Origin: Gemmatimonadales bacterium
GTDB taxonomy: Bacteria; Gemmatimonadota; Gemmatimonadetes; Gemmatimonadales; GWC2-71-9
Assembly (NCBI GenBank): GCA_041615815.1
Contig: JBFJCP010000005.1
Span: 1-64,000 of the forward strand
Reading direction: 5' to 3'
Length of the DNA stretch: 64,000 nucleotides
The notes under the pieces are model-generated. The model did not search any database, was not told the DNA's origin, and was given only the letters and a program-made list of their open reading frames with translations. Shown one piece after another: positions 29,073-38,052 of the stretch; positions within the stretch are counted from its first letter, which is position 1, and every line of letters starts with the position of its first letter. A program made the translations under genes and the position numbers.

Positions 29073-30036
29073 CTCGCCATTGTGGATCCGGCTGGCGGCG
29101 GCCGGATTGGCGCTCTTCGCCTCGTGGTGGATGTGGCATACCGCCATGGTGCGAAACCTCGGGGGAAGCGCCGTTGCCGCGCTGAGTCTCGGCGTGGTAG
29201 CGGTGTTCGTGCTTCGCGGCACCCACCAACCGTTGGGGTTGTGGCCCGGTCGGTTTGCGCGCAAGCGGTTCTGGCTCCCCGTCGCCGTGGCAATGCCGAT
29301 CGTCTTCGCGGCGCTCATTGCGTTGGGGGGCGCGAGCGATGCGGTATCCGATGTAGCGCGCGCCGTCGTCACCGAGAACCGGGGTGCCGTGGTTCTGGTC
29401 ATCGCCGGCGGAATTGCCTGGGCCTTCGGGGTCGGGCTCGTGCGGCAACGCCCCTACGCCACGTGGTATGGGACGGCGCTGCTGTGCGCTGCGGTGCCCG
29501 TGATGGCGGGCTGGCTCACCGGATGGGATCCCGTGCCGGGACAGACTGAGGGGGGAGTGACCGTGGGGATTGCCGGCCTGGTGTTTTGGGGTGCGGCCGA
29601 GACGGCCCGTGTACTTGTCAGCGAGGAGCTGGCGTTTCGGCGTATGCTCATCGGCGCTCCCGAACGCGGCGGGGTCCTTCTGATCGTGGGCGCTGCCGTC
29701 GTGGCGGCTGCGTGGGTGCCCGTGGTGTTTGGTGACGCTCCGCTGTTGAGTCCTGTCGTGTTCCACGGATTCCTCGTGGCGATCGTGAGCGGCGGGCTGT
29801 ATGTCCTCTCGCGGTCACTCATGGTGGCCGCGCTCTACCACGGGATCTACCTGGCGGCGCTGGTGAGTTTCACGATCGGGATGGTGGATGGGCGTTTGCT
29901 ATACGCGCCCGCCGCCCCTACCGCGTCGATCATTGCCACGGCCGTGATCGCCGCAAGCGTGAGCGCAGTCGTCGGGCGGCGGCGTGGATGGATCGGTCAG
30001 CTGGTCGAGGAGCAGAGCCATGCTGCTGGCGATTGA
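29059..30036 (+). CDS. Multi-pass membrane protein, CPBP/CAAX-protease-like (degenerate)
   Basis: Many TM segments; SEELAFRR and SLMVAALYHG resemble CPBP motifs 1 and 4; start uncertain. Confidence 0.6.
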   Translation: MSPRSSPLWIRLAAAGLALFASWWMWHTAMVRNLGGSAVAALSLGVVAVFVLRGTHQPLGLWPGRFARKRFWLPVAVAMPIVFAALIALGGASDAVSDVARAVVTENRGAVVLVIAGGIAWAFGVGLVRQRPYATWYGTALLCAAVPVMAGWLTGWDPVPGQTEGGVTVGIAGLVFWGAAETARVLVSEELAFRRMLIGAPERGGVLLIVGAAVVAAAWVPVVFGDAPLLSPVVFHGFLVAIVSGGLYVLSRSLMVAALYHGIYLAALVSFTIGMVDGRLLYAPAAPTASIIATAVIAASVSAVVGRRRGWIGQLVEEQSHAAGD

Positions 30037-30799
30037 TATCGGGAACACGGAGATCACGCTGGGCTTGTTCGAGGCGGACCGCTTGCTGTCGCATTGGCGT
30101 ATCACGACCGTGACTCGACGCACACCCGACGAATGGGGGACGCTGCTGACGTCCTTTCTCAGCCACGCGGGCCATTCCACGCACGAAGTCCGCGCGAGTA
30201 TCGCAGCATCCGTGGCACCGGCGGTCACGGAGGCGTTACTCGACGGTGTCCAGGCGGCGGTAGGCGTGCGCCCGGTCGAGGTGGGGCCCCGGTCCGCGCT
30301 CCCCATTGTGCTTGACGTCGAGGATCCGCTCACCGTCGGGGCGGATCGCGTCATCAACACCCTGGCCGCCGCGCACATCTTTCGGCGGGACACGATTGTG
30401 GTGGATTTTGGAACGGCTACGACGTTCGACTGCATTACGGCCGACAGCCGATTTCTCGGCGGTGTGATCGCGCCGGGTTTGCGCACAGCGGCAGACAATC
30501 TCAGCCAGCAGACCGCCAAGTTGCCGGCCACCGAGCTCGTTCCGCCGGCTACAACCATCGGCCGTCGGACGGAGGACTGCATTCGGGCCGGCGTGTTGTT
30601 CGGCACCGCCGATGCCGTCGATGGGCTCGTCCGCCGGATCAAGCATGAGTGGCCCACCAACACCGTCCCGTACGTCGTGGCCACCGGAGGGTTGGCGGTC
30701 AAGATGGGGCCGCTGTGTCAGGAGATCGAACACGTGGAAGAGAACCTGACCCTCCTGGGTCTCAAGATCGCCGCGGGTCACCTCGAGCTGTGTTGGTGA
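30020..30799 (+). CDS. coaX: Type III pantothenate kinase
   Basis: LLAIDIGNT, VGADR, VVDFGTATT, GGVIAPG and VATGG motifs. Confidence 0.96.
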   Translation: MLLAIDIGNTEITLGLFEADRLLSHWRITTVTRRTPDEWGTLLTSFLSHAGHSTHEVRASIAASVAPAVTEALLDGVQAAVGVRPVEVGPRSALPIVLDVEDPLTVGADRVINTLAAAHIFRRDTIVVDFGTATTFDCITADSRFLGGVIAPGLRTAADNLSQQTAKLPATELVPPATTIGRRTEDCIRAGVLFGTADAVDGLVRRIKHEWPTNTVPYVVATGGLAVKMGPLCQEIEHVEENLTLLGLKIAAGHLELCW

Positions 30800-31263
30800 C
30801 GGTGATACCCAGCCCTCGGACGAGGGCGGTGGGGAGGCTCGCAGCGATGCTGATCCTCCTTGGTCTCGCGCCTGCCGTCACGGCGACGGCGCAGGACGGT
30901 GCCGAGTCGGCGATTCGGCAGGCAGAAACGCGGCGATTCCAGGCCCTGGTCCAACAGGATACCGGTGCGCTGACCCCGCTCCTCGGCGACGATCTCACCT
31001 ACGTGCACACGAACGGAAAGCGGGACACGAAGCGGACGTTGCTGGACGCGGTACGATCCGGGCAGTTGGTCTACGAGGAGATCACCCCGCAAGAGACGCA
31101 TGTCCGGGTGTTCGACGACATGGCAGTGGTCACCGGTCGTATCTGGATGCGGGCGGGGACGCGCATCCAGATGCTGGGGTTCAGCCTCACGTACACGAGT
31201 GTCTACGTGCGGCGCCAGAATCGCTGGCTGCTCGTCGCGTGGCAGTCCACCCGTTCGTCCTGA
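30796..31263 (+). CDS. Exported NTF2-like/DUF4440 protein
   Basis: Signal peptide; DDLTYVHTNG, VRVFDDMAVVTG and WLLVAWQST; GTGA overlap with coaX. Confidence 0.8.
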   Translation: MTVIPSPRTRAVGRLAAMLILLGLAPAVTATAQDGAESAIRQAETRRFQALVQQDTGALTPLLGDDLTYVHTNGKRDTKRTLLDAVRSGQLVYEEITPQETHVRVFDDMAVVTGRIWMRAGTRIQMLGFSLTYTSVYVRRQNRWLLVAWQSTRSS

Positions 31264-31307
31264 CCGGTGTGGTCGTCACATTGCAACGCCGAACGTGGGA
31301 GATATCG

Positions 31308-31787
31308 ATGAGAATGATCGGGTTGTTTCTTGGCGTCCTGACCGTGGCGCCGGTGGGCACGGTGGCGGCACAGAGCGCTTCCGCCGAAAGCGCGGTCATG
31401 GACGTTGTCTACCGGTTGTTCGACGCGATGCGTGCGGGAGACAGCGCGTCCGCTCGATCGCTGTTCGAGCCCGATGCCCGGCTCCTTGGGATCGCCAGCC
31501 GAGACGGAGTCAAGCAGATTCGCGCGCTGCCCATCGATCGGTTCGTGCAGGCCATCGGATCGCCGCACGAGCAGGTCTGGGACGAACAGATTTGGGATTG
31601 GGAGGTACGAATCGATGACGATCTGGCCACCGTGTGGACGAAGTACGCGTTCTATCTCGGGGAGACATTCAGTCATTGCGGTGTCGATGCCTTCCAGCTG
31701 CTCCGGTCCGCAGACGGGTGGAAGATCGTGAGCCTCGCGGATACGCGGCGTCAGGAAAGCTGCGAGTTGCCGCCGTCGCAACGTTGA
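31308..31787 (+). CDS. Exported NTF2-like (lumazine-binding/SnoaL-like) protein
   Basis: Signal peptide; LFDAMRAGD, LATVWTKY, SHCGVDAFQL and GWKIVS; GGAG RBS. Confidence 0.8.
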   Translation: MRMIGLFLGVLTVAPVGTVAAQSASAESAVMDVVYRLFDAMRAGDSASARSLFEPDARLLGIASRDGVKQIRALPIDRFVQAIGSPHEQVWDEQIWDWEVRIDDDLATVWTKYAFYLGETFSHCGVDAFQLLRSADGWKIVSLADTRRQESCELPPSQR

Positions 31788-31848
31788 ACCACGTACTCCT
31801 TTGCTGTACCTTCAGGCGGCCTCGACCTTTCATTGCTAGGAGCGTTCG

Positions 31849-32466
31849 ATGGCAGTATCGGCTGAGCCCACGGGGCTCGAGCGTTACGACGTCCGCACCA
31901 TTGTGGGTAAGGGTGCGGTGCTTGGTTTGATCACCGTAGTGGGCGTCGTTGTCTTCGCGTTGGTATCTCGGCCGATGGACGGCACCGTGGAAACGGTGGT
32001 GCAGTCCGTGTTGATCGTGGCCGGTGGCGCGGTGTTCGCGTACTACCCGGCGGCGGCCGTGCGGCCGGTGACGACCGATGCCATCGCGTGGGCGGCGACG
32101 TTGGGGCTGATCGGCGCGCTGGTGTTCACGGTGCTCGATACCGCGATCCTCCGACCCGTGAATCTCTATCACTGGACGTGGGATGAGATCGGTGGGGGCA
32201 GTGGGTTCTGGTATATCTCGGTGTGGTGGATGGGCGCCGCCGTCCTCGCGTGGCTTGGCTCGTGGGCATACGCACGGGCCGCACGTGGACAGGGGGGCGT
32301 CAACCTTCCGATGCTCGCGGGTCAGACCGTGGGTGTCGCCATCCTCCTGTTTGCGATCCTCGTGCTAACCGGTCTTGCACCGTTCCACAGCGCCATCGCT
32401 GCGCTCGCCGTTTCCCTCGCGCTCATCGTCCAGGTTCCGCTCGCTGCGATGCTTGCCCGGCGGTGA
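31849..32466 (+). CDS. Hypothetical multi-pass membrane protein
   Basis: About six TM segments; AGGAG RBS; GGGSGFWYISVWWM segment. Confidence 0.7.
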   Translation: MAVSAEPTGLERYDVRTIVGKGAVLGLITVVGVVVFALVSRPMDGTVETVVQSVLIVAGGAVFAYYPAAAVRPVTTDAIAWAATLGLIGALVFTVLDTAILRPVNLYHWTWDEIGGGSGFWYISVWWMGAAVLAWLGSWAYARAARGQGGVNLPMLAGQTVGVAILLFAILVLTGLAPFHSAIAALAVSLALIVQVPLAAMLARR

Positions 32467-32705
32467 CCGAGGCCGATCGCGGGCGGCCTGTCCGCCTGAT
32501 CGGATGGCTGCTCACGCCCCTGGTGGCGTGGGCAGCTTCGTTTGTGGGGGGGTGGTTTGGGGCGGTCGTCACCAGCGGCCTCCAGTCCGACGCGGCGCGG
32601 CTCGCCGGTCTTCTGGGTGGGGCGGCGTTGGGAGGGGCGGCGGGCATCGCGGTCTGGGTGTTTGTCCTGCGCCGTCGAGGCGCCCGCTCGACGGACGACG
32701 CGTGA
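32463..32705 (+). CDS. Small hypothetical membrane protein
   Basis: GTGA overlap with the upstream gene; two hydrophobic helices (GWLLTPLVAWAASF; GLLGGAALGGAAGIAVWVFVL). Confidence 0.6.
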   Translation: MTEADRGRPVRLIGWLLTPLVAWAASFVGGWFGAVVTSGLQSDAARLAGLLGGAALGGAAGIAVWVFVLRRRGARSTDDA

Positions 32706-32718
32706 GTGGCGCCGAGGC

Positions 32719-33627
32719 TCAGCGATCTCGTTCCCGCGAGGTCATGGCGTCGTACACCAGCCCGACCCACTGATCGGGCTCGAAGTATCCGCCGCCCCAG
32801 GCGCCATCGAAGCGAGCAGTCGGTTTCGCCGCGACGATCTCTTCCTTGGTTTTCCCCTCCGCGATCAGGCGGCGCATGTGCTCGCGCACGGTCACGAGCA
32901 TGTCCCGGTATGCCAGAAGATCGCCTCTGGTGGCAAGCGCACCGTGCCCGGGGATGATGGCCGTTTGGTCGTTCGCGATGCCGAGGACGCGGTCCACCGC
33001 GGCGACCACACCATCCAGCGTTCCGCCGCTCGATGCGTCGATGAAGGGATACATCCCGTGAAAAAACACGTCGCCCATGTGGACGACGTTGGCGCGCTCA
33101 AAGTGAATGATGGCGTCGCCGTCCGTATGGGCGGCTGCGACATGAAACACTTGAATCTCGTCGCCATTCCAATGAAACGTGACGCCGTCGGAGAAGGTGA
33201 TGACCGGTAGCGCGCCTGGCGGCGATGCCGGTGACGCTTGATTGAAGGCTACGATGAACTGGTCGACGCTCATTCGCTGGCGGACGTTCTCGTGTGCCAC
33301 AATGAGGGCGCCGGCCTCACCGAGATTTTCGTTTCCCCCAGTGTGGTCCCCATGCCAATGGGTGTTGACGACGAACCGGATGGGGTGTTCGGTGAGCGCG
33401 CGAACGGCTCCCACGATCTTCTCGGTGATCGGGGCGTATTGATCGTCCACCAAGAAGGCGCCATCGGGCCCCACGGACACCCCGATATTGCCGCCCTGAC
33501 CGGTCAACATGTGGACCCCGCGGCCGGCTGACTGAGAGCGGATCTGCACGTCTTGCGGGTTTTGCGCCGCCAAGAGTGAGACGGTGGTGAAGGAGAGGAT
33601 CAGGACATAGGAAGGCCCACGAGCCAT
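32719..33627 (-). CDS. Exported MBL-fold metallo-hydrolase (cyclase-like)
   Basis: NTHWHGDHTGGN, AHTDGD, HMGD and IPGHG motifs; signal peptide after ATG 33627. Confidence 0.9.
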   Translation of the reverse strand: MARGPSYVLILSFTTVSLLAAQNPQDVQIRSQSAGRGVHMLTGQGGNIGVSVGPDGAFLVDDQYAPITEKIVGAVRALTEHPIRFVVNTHWHGDHTGGNENLGEAGALIVAHENVRQRMSVDQFIVAFNQASPASPPGALPVITFSDGVTFHWNGDEIQVFHVAAAHTDGDAIIHFERANVVHMGDVFFHGMYPFIDASSGGTLDGVVAAVDRVLGIANDQTAIIPGHGALATRGDLLAYRDMLVTVREHMRRLIAEGKTKEEIVAAKPTARFDGAWGGGYFEPDQWVGLVYDAMTSRERDR

Positions 33628-33774
33628 GGGATCGCTCCGAAATTGAAGGTCGCGGAAGGGAAATCGGGTCGCGTGCACACTGGAACCACCTTGGGAACCG
33701 GGTGTCCTCACAGGCCCGCCGGTGTCCAGGTCAAGGTATCTTTCCTCTCACACTGAAGCTAACGGGGCATCCCC

Positions 33775-34959
33775 ATGCACGGGATCGTAGAACCCGCGGT
33801 CTTCGAACGGATGGTAACGCTCCGCCGTGAGTTTCATCGCCATCCCGAGTTGAGCTGGCAAGAACGCCGGACCGCCGAACGAGTTGCCACGGCCCTGGAG
33901 GCGCTAGGGATTCCGTGGCGGTCGGTGGCCGGTACCGGGATCGTCGCCGATCTCCCCGGACCATCCGGCGTGCCGCGGATCGCCCTGCGCGCGGACATGG
34001 ACGCGCTCCCCATTCACGAGGAAACCGAGCTGCCATTCGCCTCCGAGCACGAGGGTGTCATGCATGCGTGCGGCCACGACGGCCACACCAGCATCCTGCT
34101 CGGCGCAGCCGAACTCCTGACTCGGGATCGAGAATTGCCTGCACCTGTGCGCCTGGTGTTTCAGCCAGCGGAGGAGGTCGGGGCAGGCGCGCAGGCGCTC
34201 GTGCAGGCCGGTGTGCTCGACGACGTCGCCGCGATATTCGGAGGGCACATCGACCCTCGGTACCCGCGCGGTCACCTCGTCATCTCCGACGGGATTGTGA
34301 ACGCCTCATCCGACGCGTTTCGGATGACCGTGACCGGGCGTGGTGCGCACGGGGCGAGACCGCACGAAGGGATCGACGCTCTCGTCGCCGCGGCGAGCAT
34401 CGTGTTGCAGCTCCAAACCCTGGTGTCTCGCGAGGTCAATCCCGCGGATCCGGCCGTGCTCTCCGTGGGGCGTTTCAACGCCGGCACCGCGAGCAATGTG
34501 TTGGCTGCCCGTGCGGACCTGGGTGGAACGATTCGCGCGCACGACCCCGCGGTACGGGATCAACTCATCGAAGGGCTCCACCGCGTCGCGGAGGCGACCG
34601 CGAACGCCACGCGCACGACCGCCCTCGTCGAGATCACCGAAGGGACGCCCGCGGTGCGCAACACCCCGCGGATGGCGGCCATGGCCCGAGAGGCGGCCGG
34701 ACGGATCGGCGACGTGCCGGTGGAGCCGCTTCGGGACGCCAACCTCGGCGGTGAGGACTTTGGGTGGTATTTGGACGCGGTTCCAGGCTGTTTCATTCGG
34801 TACGGTGCCGGAGTCCCGGATACCGAGCCTGCCCCGGCCCACTCCAGTCGCTTCATGTTCGATGAAGCGGTGCTCGCGTATGGCGCTCGATGGCTGTACG
34901 AGATGGCACGCATGGTCGGTGAACACGTCCGAACCGGTGCATCGCTCGACGACCGGTAG
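33775..34959 (+). CDS. M20 family amidohydrolase (Acy1/hippurate hydrolase-like)
   Basis: HRHPEL, RADMDALP, HACGHDGH, FQPAEE and GEDF motifs. Confidence 0.93.
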   Translation: MHGIVEPAVFERMVTLRREFHRHPELSWQERRTAERVATALEALGIPWRSVAGTGIVADLPGPSGVPRIALRADMDALPIHEETELPFASEHEGVMHACGHDGHTSILLGAAELLTRDRELPAPVRLVFQPAEEVGAGAQALVQAGVLDDVAAIFGGHIDPRYPRGHLVISDGIVNASSDAFRMTVTGRGAHGARPHEGIDALVAAASIVLQLQTLVSREVNPADPAVLSVGRFNAGTASNVLAARADLGGTIRAHDPAVRDQLIEGLHRVAEATANATRTTALVEITEGTPAVRNTPRMAAMAREAAGRIGDVPVEPLRDANLGGEDFGWYLDAVPGCFIRYGAGVPDTEPAPAHSSRFMFDEAVLAYGARWLYEMARMVGEHVRTGASLDDR

Positions 34960-34975
34960 GTGCCCAGGGCAGCGT

Positions 34976-36100
34976 TCACCGGTTCTCGAACACCTCCTGG
35001 TGCACCGTGAGGTGTTCGAGCCGGTCGCGATTCACTTCGACACCGAGGCCCGGCCGGTCGAACGGGACCGTGATCAGTCCATCGGCCATCGTCCACTCCG
35101 GCGCCACGATGTCCTCATGCCAGTATCGGCTCGACGGGCTCACGTCGCCTGGGATTGTGAAGTTTGGGAGCGATGCGAGCGCCACATTGTGAGCCCGGCC
35201 GATTCCCGACTCCAACATGCCACCACACCACACCGGGATAGCGTGTGCAGCCGCGATATCGTGAATCGCGAGGGCTGCGGTGAGCCCTCCCACCCGACCG
35301 GCCTTGATGTTGATGATCCGACCGCTCCCCAAGTGGATCATATCCGCCGCCCGGTCAGGTGACGTGATCGACTCGTCGAGGCAGAGCGGCGTGCGCAATT
35401 GGCGCTGAAGCTCCGCATGACGCAGCAGGTCATCGGTCCCCAACGGTTGCTCGATCATCATGAGGTTGTACGGATCCAAGGTCTGCAGACGCTCGGCGTC
35501 TTCCAGGCGATACCCGCCATTGGCGTCGGCCATAATCGGGGCGTCTGGTCCCGCGGCCTCCCGGGCGGCGCGGATATACGGCTCGTCGGCACCGGGTGCG
35601 ATCTTCACCTTGATGCGGCGATACCCCGCCGCCAGGGCGGTCCCGACCCGATCGGCCAGATCTGACGGCCGCTCCTGGATCCCGAGCGAAATCCCAGTCG
35701 CGATCTGCTGCCTCGCACCCCCGAGTGAGCCGGCCAGGGAGACCCCGAGTTTCATGGCGGCGAGGTCCCACGACGCCATTTCCACGCAAGCCTTGGCCAT
35801 GCGGTGTCCGCGGAACGCGTCGTCGAGTGCTCGCGCGAGCGCCTGCGGGTTCTCGAAGGTCCGACCCACTACCACCGGGGCGATCCATTCGCGAAGCGCC
35901 AGCCAGGCGGTGTCGATCGTCTCTGGCGAGTAGTTGGGCCGTTCGCCGGCCACACACTCGCCCCAGCCCACCGCTCCGTCGGCGTCGACCACCTCCACCA
36001 GCGCGATCCGCCTCGCCTGCGAGACGCCTGACGAGATGCGAAACGTCTCCTTGAGATCCATCCGAATCTCGCGAACGACGATGCGATCCAGCCGAAACAT
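34976..36100 (-). CDS. menC: NSAR/OSBS subfamily enzyme (N-succinylamino acid racemase/o-succinylbenzoate synthase)
   Basis: Enolase-superfamily motifs KVK, DAN, EQP, DES, INIK and WCGGMLESGIGR. Confidence 0.88.
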   Translation of the reverse strand: MFRLDRIVVREIRMDLKETFRISSGVSQARRIALVEVVDADGAVGWGECVAGERPNYSPETIDTAWLALREWIAPVVVGRTFENPQALARALDDAFRGHRMAKACVEMASWDLAAMKLGVSLAGSLGGARQQIATGISLGIQERPSDLADRVGTALAAGYRRIKVKIAPGADEPYIRAAREAAGPDAPIMADANGGYRLEDAERLQTLDPYNLMMIEQPLGTDDLLRHAELQRQLRTPLCLDESITSPDRAADMIHLGSGRIINIKAGRVGGLTAALAIHDIAAAHAIPVWCGGMLESGIGRAHNVALASLPNFTIPGDVSPSSRYWHEDIVAPEWTMADGLITVPFDRPGLGVEVNRDRLEHLTVHQEVFENR

Positions 36101-36103
36101 GGG

Positions 36104-36913
36104 TCAGCTCTCTCGCGTCAGGATGTAGCGGGAGGCGGCGACGTCGTCACGCACGAATCCACGCACTTCGTACCCGCTGGCTAGGTAGTGTTGGAAGATC
36201 CGCCGGGTGAACATGCGCCAGCTGCGAGCGGCGTCGGGATCGCGCTGCTTGAGTGCTTGAATGTCCTCGGGCACTTCGAGCCATACGCTCGGTGCGGTCG
36301 GGAGCGCCTCGACGACCGAATCTGTGAGGGTGAGCGTCACGCCGGGCGGATGGACGGGGGAGGGGCGTGGGGTCTTCTCCTGTAAGTTCCATGCGACCAC
36401 GAAGCGATCACTCCCAATCACGCTATCCGTCGTGCTGTGTGGGCTCTGGCCGTACATGTCCGGGACATACTCCACTACCCGGGCGCCCAGTCGATTCAAG
36501 TTCAGGTGCGCGTTACGCGCCACGAGCGGGTCGTACGTCCAATACATGCGCTCGACACCCAGTGCCAGGAGACGGGACTGCTGGTAGTGCTTGAGGCGGC
36601 GGCCAATGCCCCGATCTCGTAGCGAAGCGGTCACCGCCAGCATGTGTGACCAGTGGGCAGGTGTACCGTCTCTGAGGCCCGTCAACCCGTACACGAAACC
36701 CACGAGCCGCCCGCTTTGGTCAAAAGCGCCGGCAGCGATACCACCCACCATTTGCGAGACCTTGAGCATGGCGGGGGGGACGAGCTCGCGAAAGTCATCT
36801 CCCCACGTTTCTCGTTGCAGCGCCACCGCGGCCTCGAAATCTGCTTCGGTTGCCAGGTCGCGAATGCGGGGATCGGAGGTCTCGCTCGAGGGCGGGTGCG
36901 CGTTGTCGGTCAT
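36104..36913 (-). CDS. GNAT acyltransferase, probable D-amino acid N-succinyltransferase
   Basis: HWSHMLAV, RGIGRRLK and WTYDPLVARNAHLNLNRLGA motifs; directly upstream of the NSAR gene. Confidence 0.82.
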   Translation of the reverse strand: MTDNAHPPSSETSDPRIRDLATEADFEAAVALQRETWGDDFRELVPPAMLKVSQMVGGIAAGAFDQSGRLVGFVYGLTGLRDGTPAHWSHMLAVTASLRDRGIGRRLKHYQQSRLLALGVERMYWTYDPLVARNAHLNLNRLGARVVEYVPDMYGQSPHSTTDSVIGSDRFVVAWNLQEKTPRPSPVHPPGVTLTLTDSVVEALPTAPSVWLEVPEDIQALKQRDPDAARSWRMFTRRIFQHYLASGYEVRGFVRDDVAASRYILTRES

Positions 36914-37115
36914 CCAAGGTTTCCCGTTGGTTGAGAAGATGTCGGAGGGGTGGTACGGGGGACAAGAGCGAGTCTGGGAACCGGATTCACCCGTAGCTTG
37001 TTTTTCTGTATTGAATCAGTCCAATGTTTTCGCTTGGGGTTGACACAAGGGATTGTGGCAATCACCGTTACGCTCTCCAACGGTCGCCCTACGCAACTCT
37101 CTTCCTGGAGGCGTG

Positions 37116-37691
37116 ATGCGCATCGAGTCCCGCATCGCCGGTTTCCTCTCCGTGGCCGCGCTGGCACTGACAGCGTGTTCCGGCGGGGAGCAGCAGACGC
37201 AGGCGAATCCCTGTAACCCGTGCGCGGCCGCTGCGACAATCGACGCCGCGCTCATTACGCAAGGCACCAACACGCTGCATACCGAAACGCCCACGGCGCA
37301 GCTCGTGGCCCGGGGCACGGAGTTGTGGAACGACAAGTCGCTCTCCGCGAGCGGTGGCGTCGCCTGCTCCACGTGCCACGTGAACAACTACGCTCAGATG
37401 CAGGCGACGTTTGCCGAGGCCTACCCACACCAGGTGGCCATGGCCAAGCAGCGCGCCGGCCTCGATCAGGTGACGGCGGCCGAAATGGTGCAGCTCTGCG
37501 TGGTCATCCCGATGGGTAGCGAGCCGCTCGCATGGAACTCCGTGGAGCTAGCCGCGCTGACGGCCTACGTCCGGAATATCCAAGGCGGCTTCGACCCGTC
37601 GATGGCCACCGCCAATCCGTGTAATCCATGTGCCGGAAATCCATGTAACCCCTGCGGGGGGAACCCCTGCAATCCGTGTGGGGGTGGGTAG
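37116..37691 (+). CDS. Lipoprotein monoheme cytochrome c (SoxA/TsdA-like domain) flanked by NPC repeats
   Basis: GGAGG RBS; lipobox LTAC; CSTCH; AYP...EMVQLC...PMGSEPL...SVELAALTAYV; 2 N-terminal and 6 C-terminal NPC motifs. Confidence 0.85.
   Translation: MRIESRIAGFLSVAALALTACSGGEQQTQANPCNPCAAAATIDAALITQGTNTLHTETPTAQLVARGTELWNDKSLSASGGVACSTCHVNNYAQMQATFAEAYPHQVAMAKQRAGLDQVTAAEMVQLCVVIPMGSEPLAWNSVELAALTAYVRNIQGGFDPSMATANPCNPCAGNPCNPCGGNPCNPCGGG
37614..37688 (+). repeat. Coding tandem repeat NPCNPC(A/G)G x3
   Basis: Synonymously diverged codons encoding NPCNPCAGNPCNPCGGNPCNPCGGG. Confidence 0.9.
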
Positions 37692-37797
37692 GCAACCACC
37701 TGGGCTCGTGCTGACGATACCGGGGTTGACAGGCCGAGCGAGCGTGGTCAGGGTACTGGCTCGGAAGAAGACTCGATCACCCGTCCTTGGAGGAGCG

Positions 37798-38007
37798 ATG
37801 CGTAGCGCCAAACGGACAGCCTATCTCTTTGCCGCCCTCCTGTTCGCCGTGGGCGCATGCTCAGGTGGCCAGGAGGCTGGCGCCGGTGAGGCGGCCAACC
37901 CCTGTGCGGCCAACCCGTGCGCAGCCAACCCGTGTGCGATGGCTGACTCGATGCCGACGAACCCTTGCGCGGCCAATCCGTGCAACCCCTGCGGTGGGGG
38001 GCACTAG
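37798..38007 (+). CDS. Small Cys-rich NPC-repeat lipoprotein (69 aa)
   Basis: GGAGGAG RBS; lipobox VGAC; mature region GEAANPCAANPCAANPCAMADSMPTNPCAANPCNPCGGGH. Confidence 0.85.
   Translation: MRSAKRTAYLFAALLFAVGACSGGQEAGAGEAANPCAANPCAANPCAMADSMPTNPCAANPCNPCGGGH
37891..37992 (+). repeat. Coding 15-bp repeat (AANPC)n
   Basis: GCGGCCAACCCCTGT-GCGGCCAACCCGTGC-GCAGCCAACCCGTGT plus further copies downstream. Confidence 0.9.
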
Positions 38008-38052
38008 CCGATCGGACGCTGGCGTTGTGGGGTTGATCAGCACGCCCGAGCA

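Noticed and set aside
33682..33699. Repeated GGAACC in the divergent MBL/M20 spacer as ECF promoters
   Set aside because: No convincing matching -10 element at the right spacing; too short to support.
34976..36100. Evidence of a menaquinone (men) operon
   Set aside because: No other men genes nearby; the GNAT and M20 context points to the racemase role.
37116..38007. NPC peptides as a complete RiPP cluster or as selenoproteins
   Set aside because: No modifying enzyme (MNIO, radical SAM, YcaO), protease or transporter in the window, and all Cys codons are TGT/TGC with TAG stops; modification in trans remains possible.
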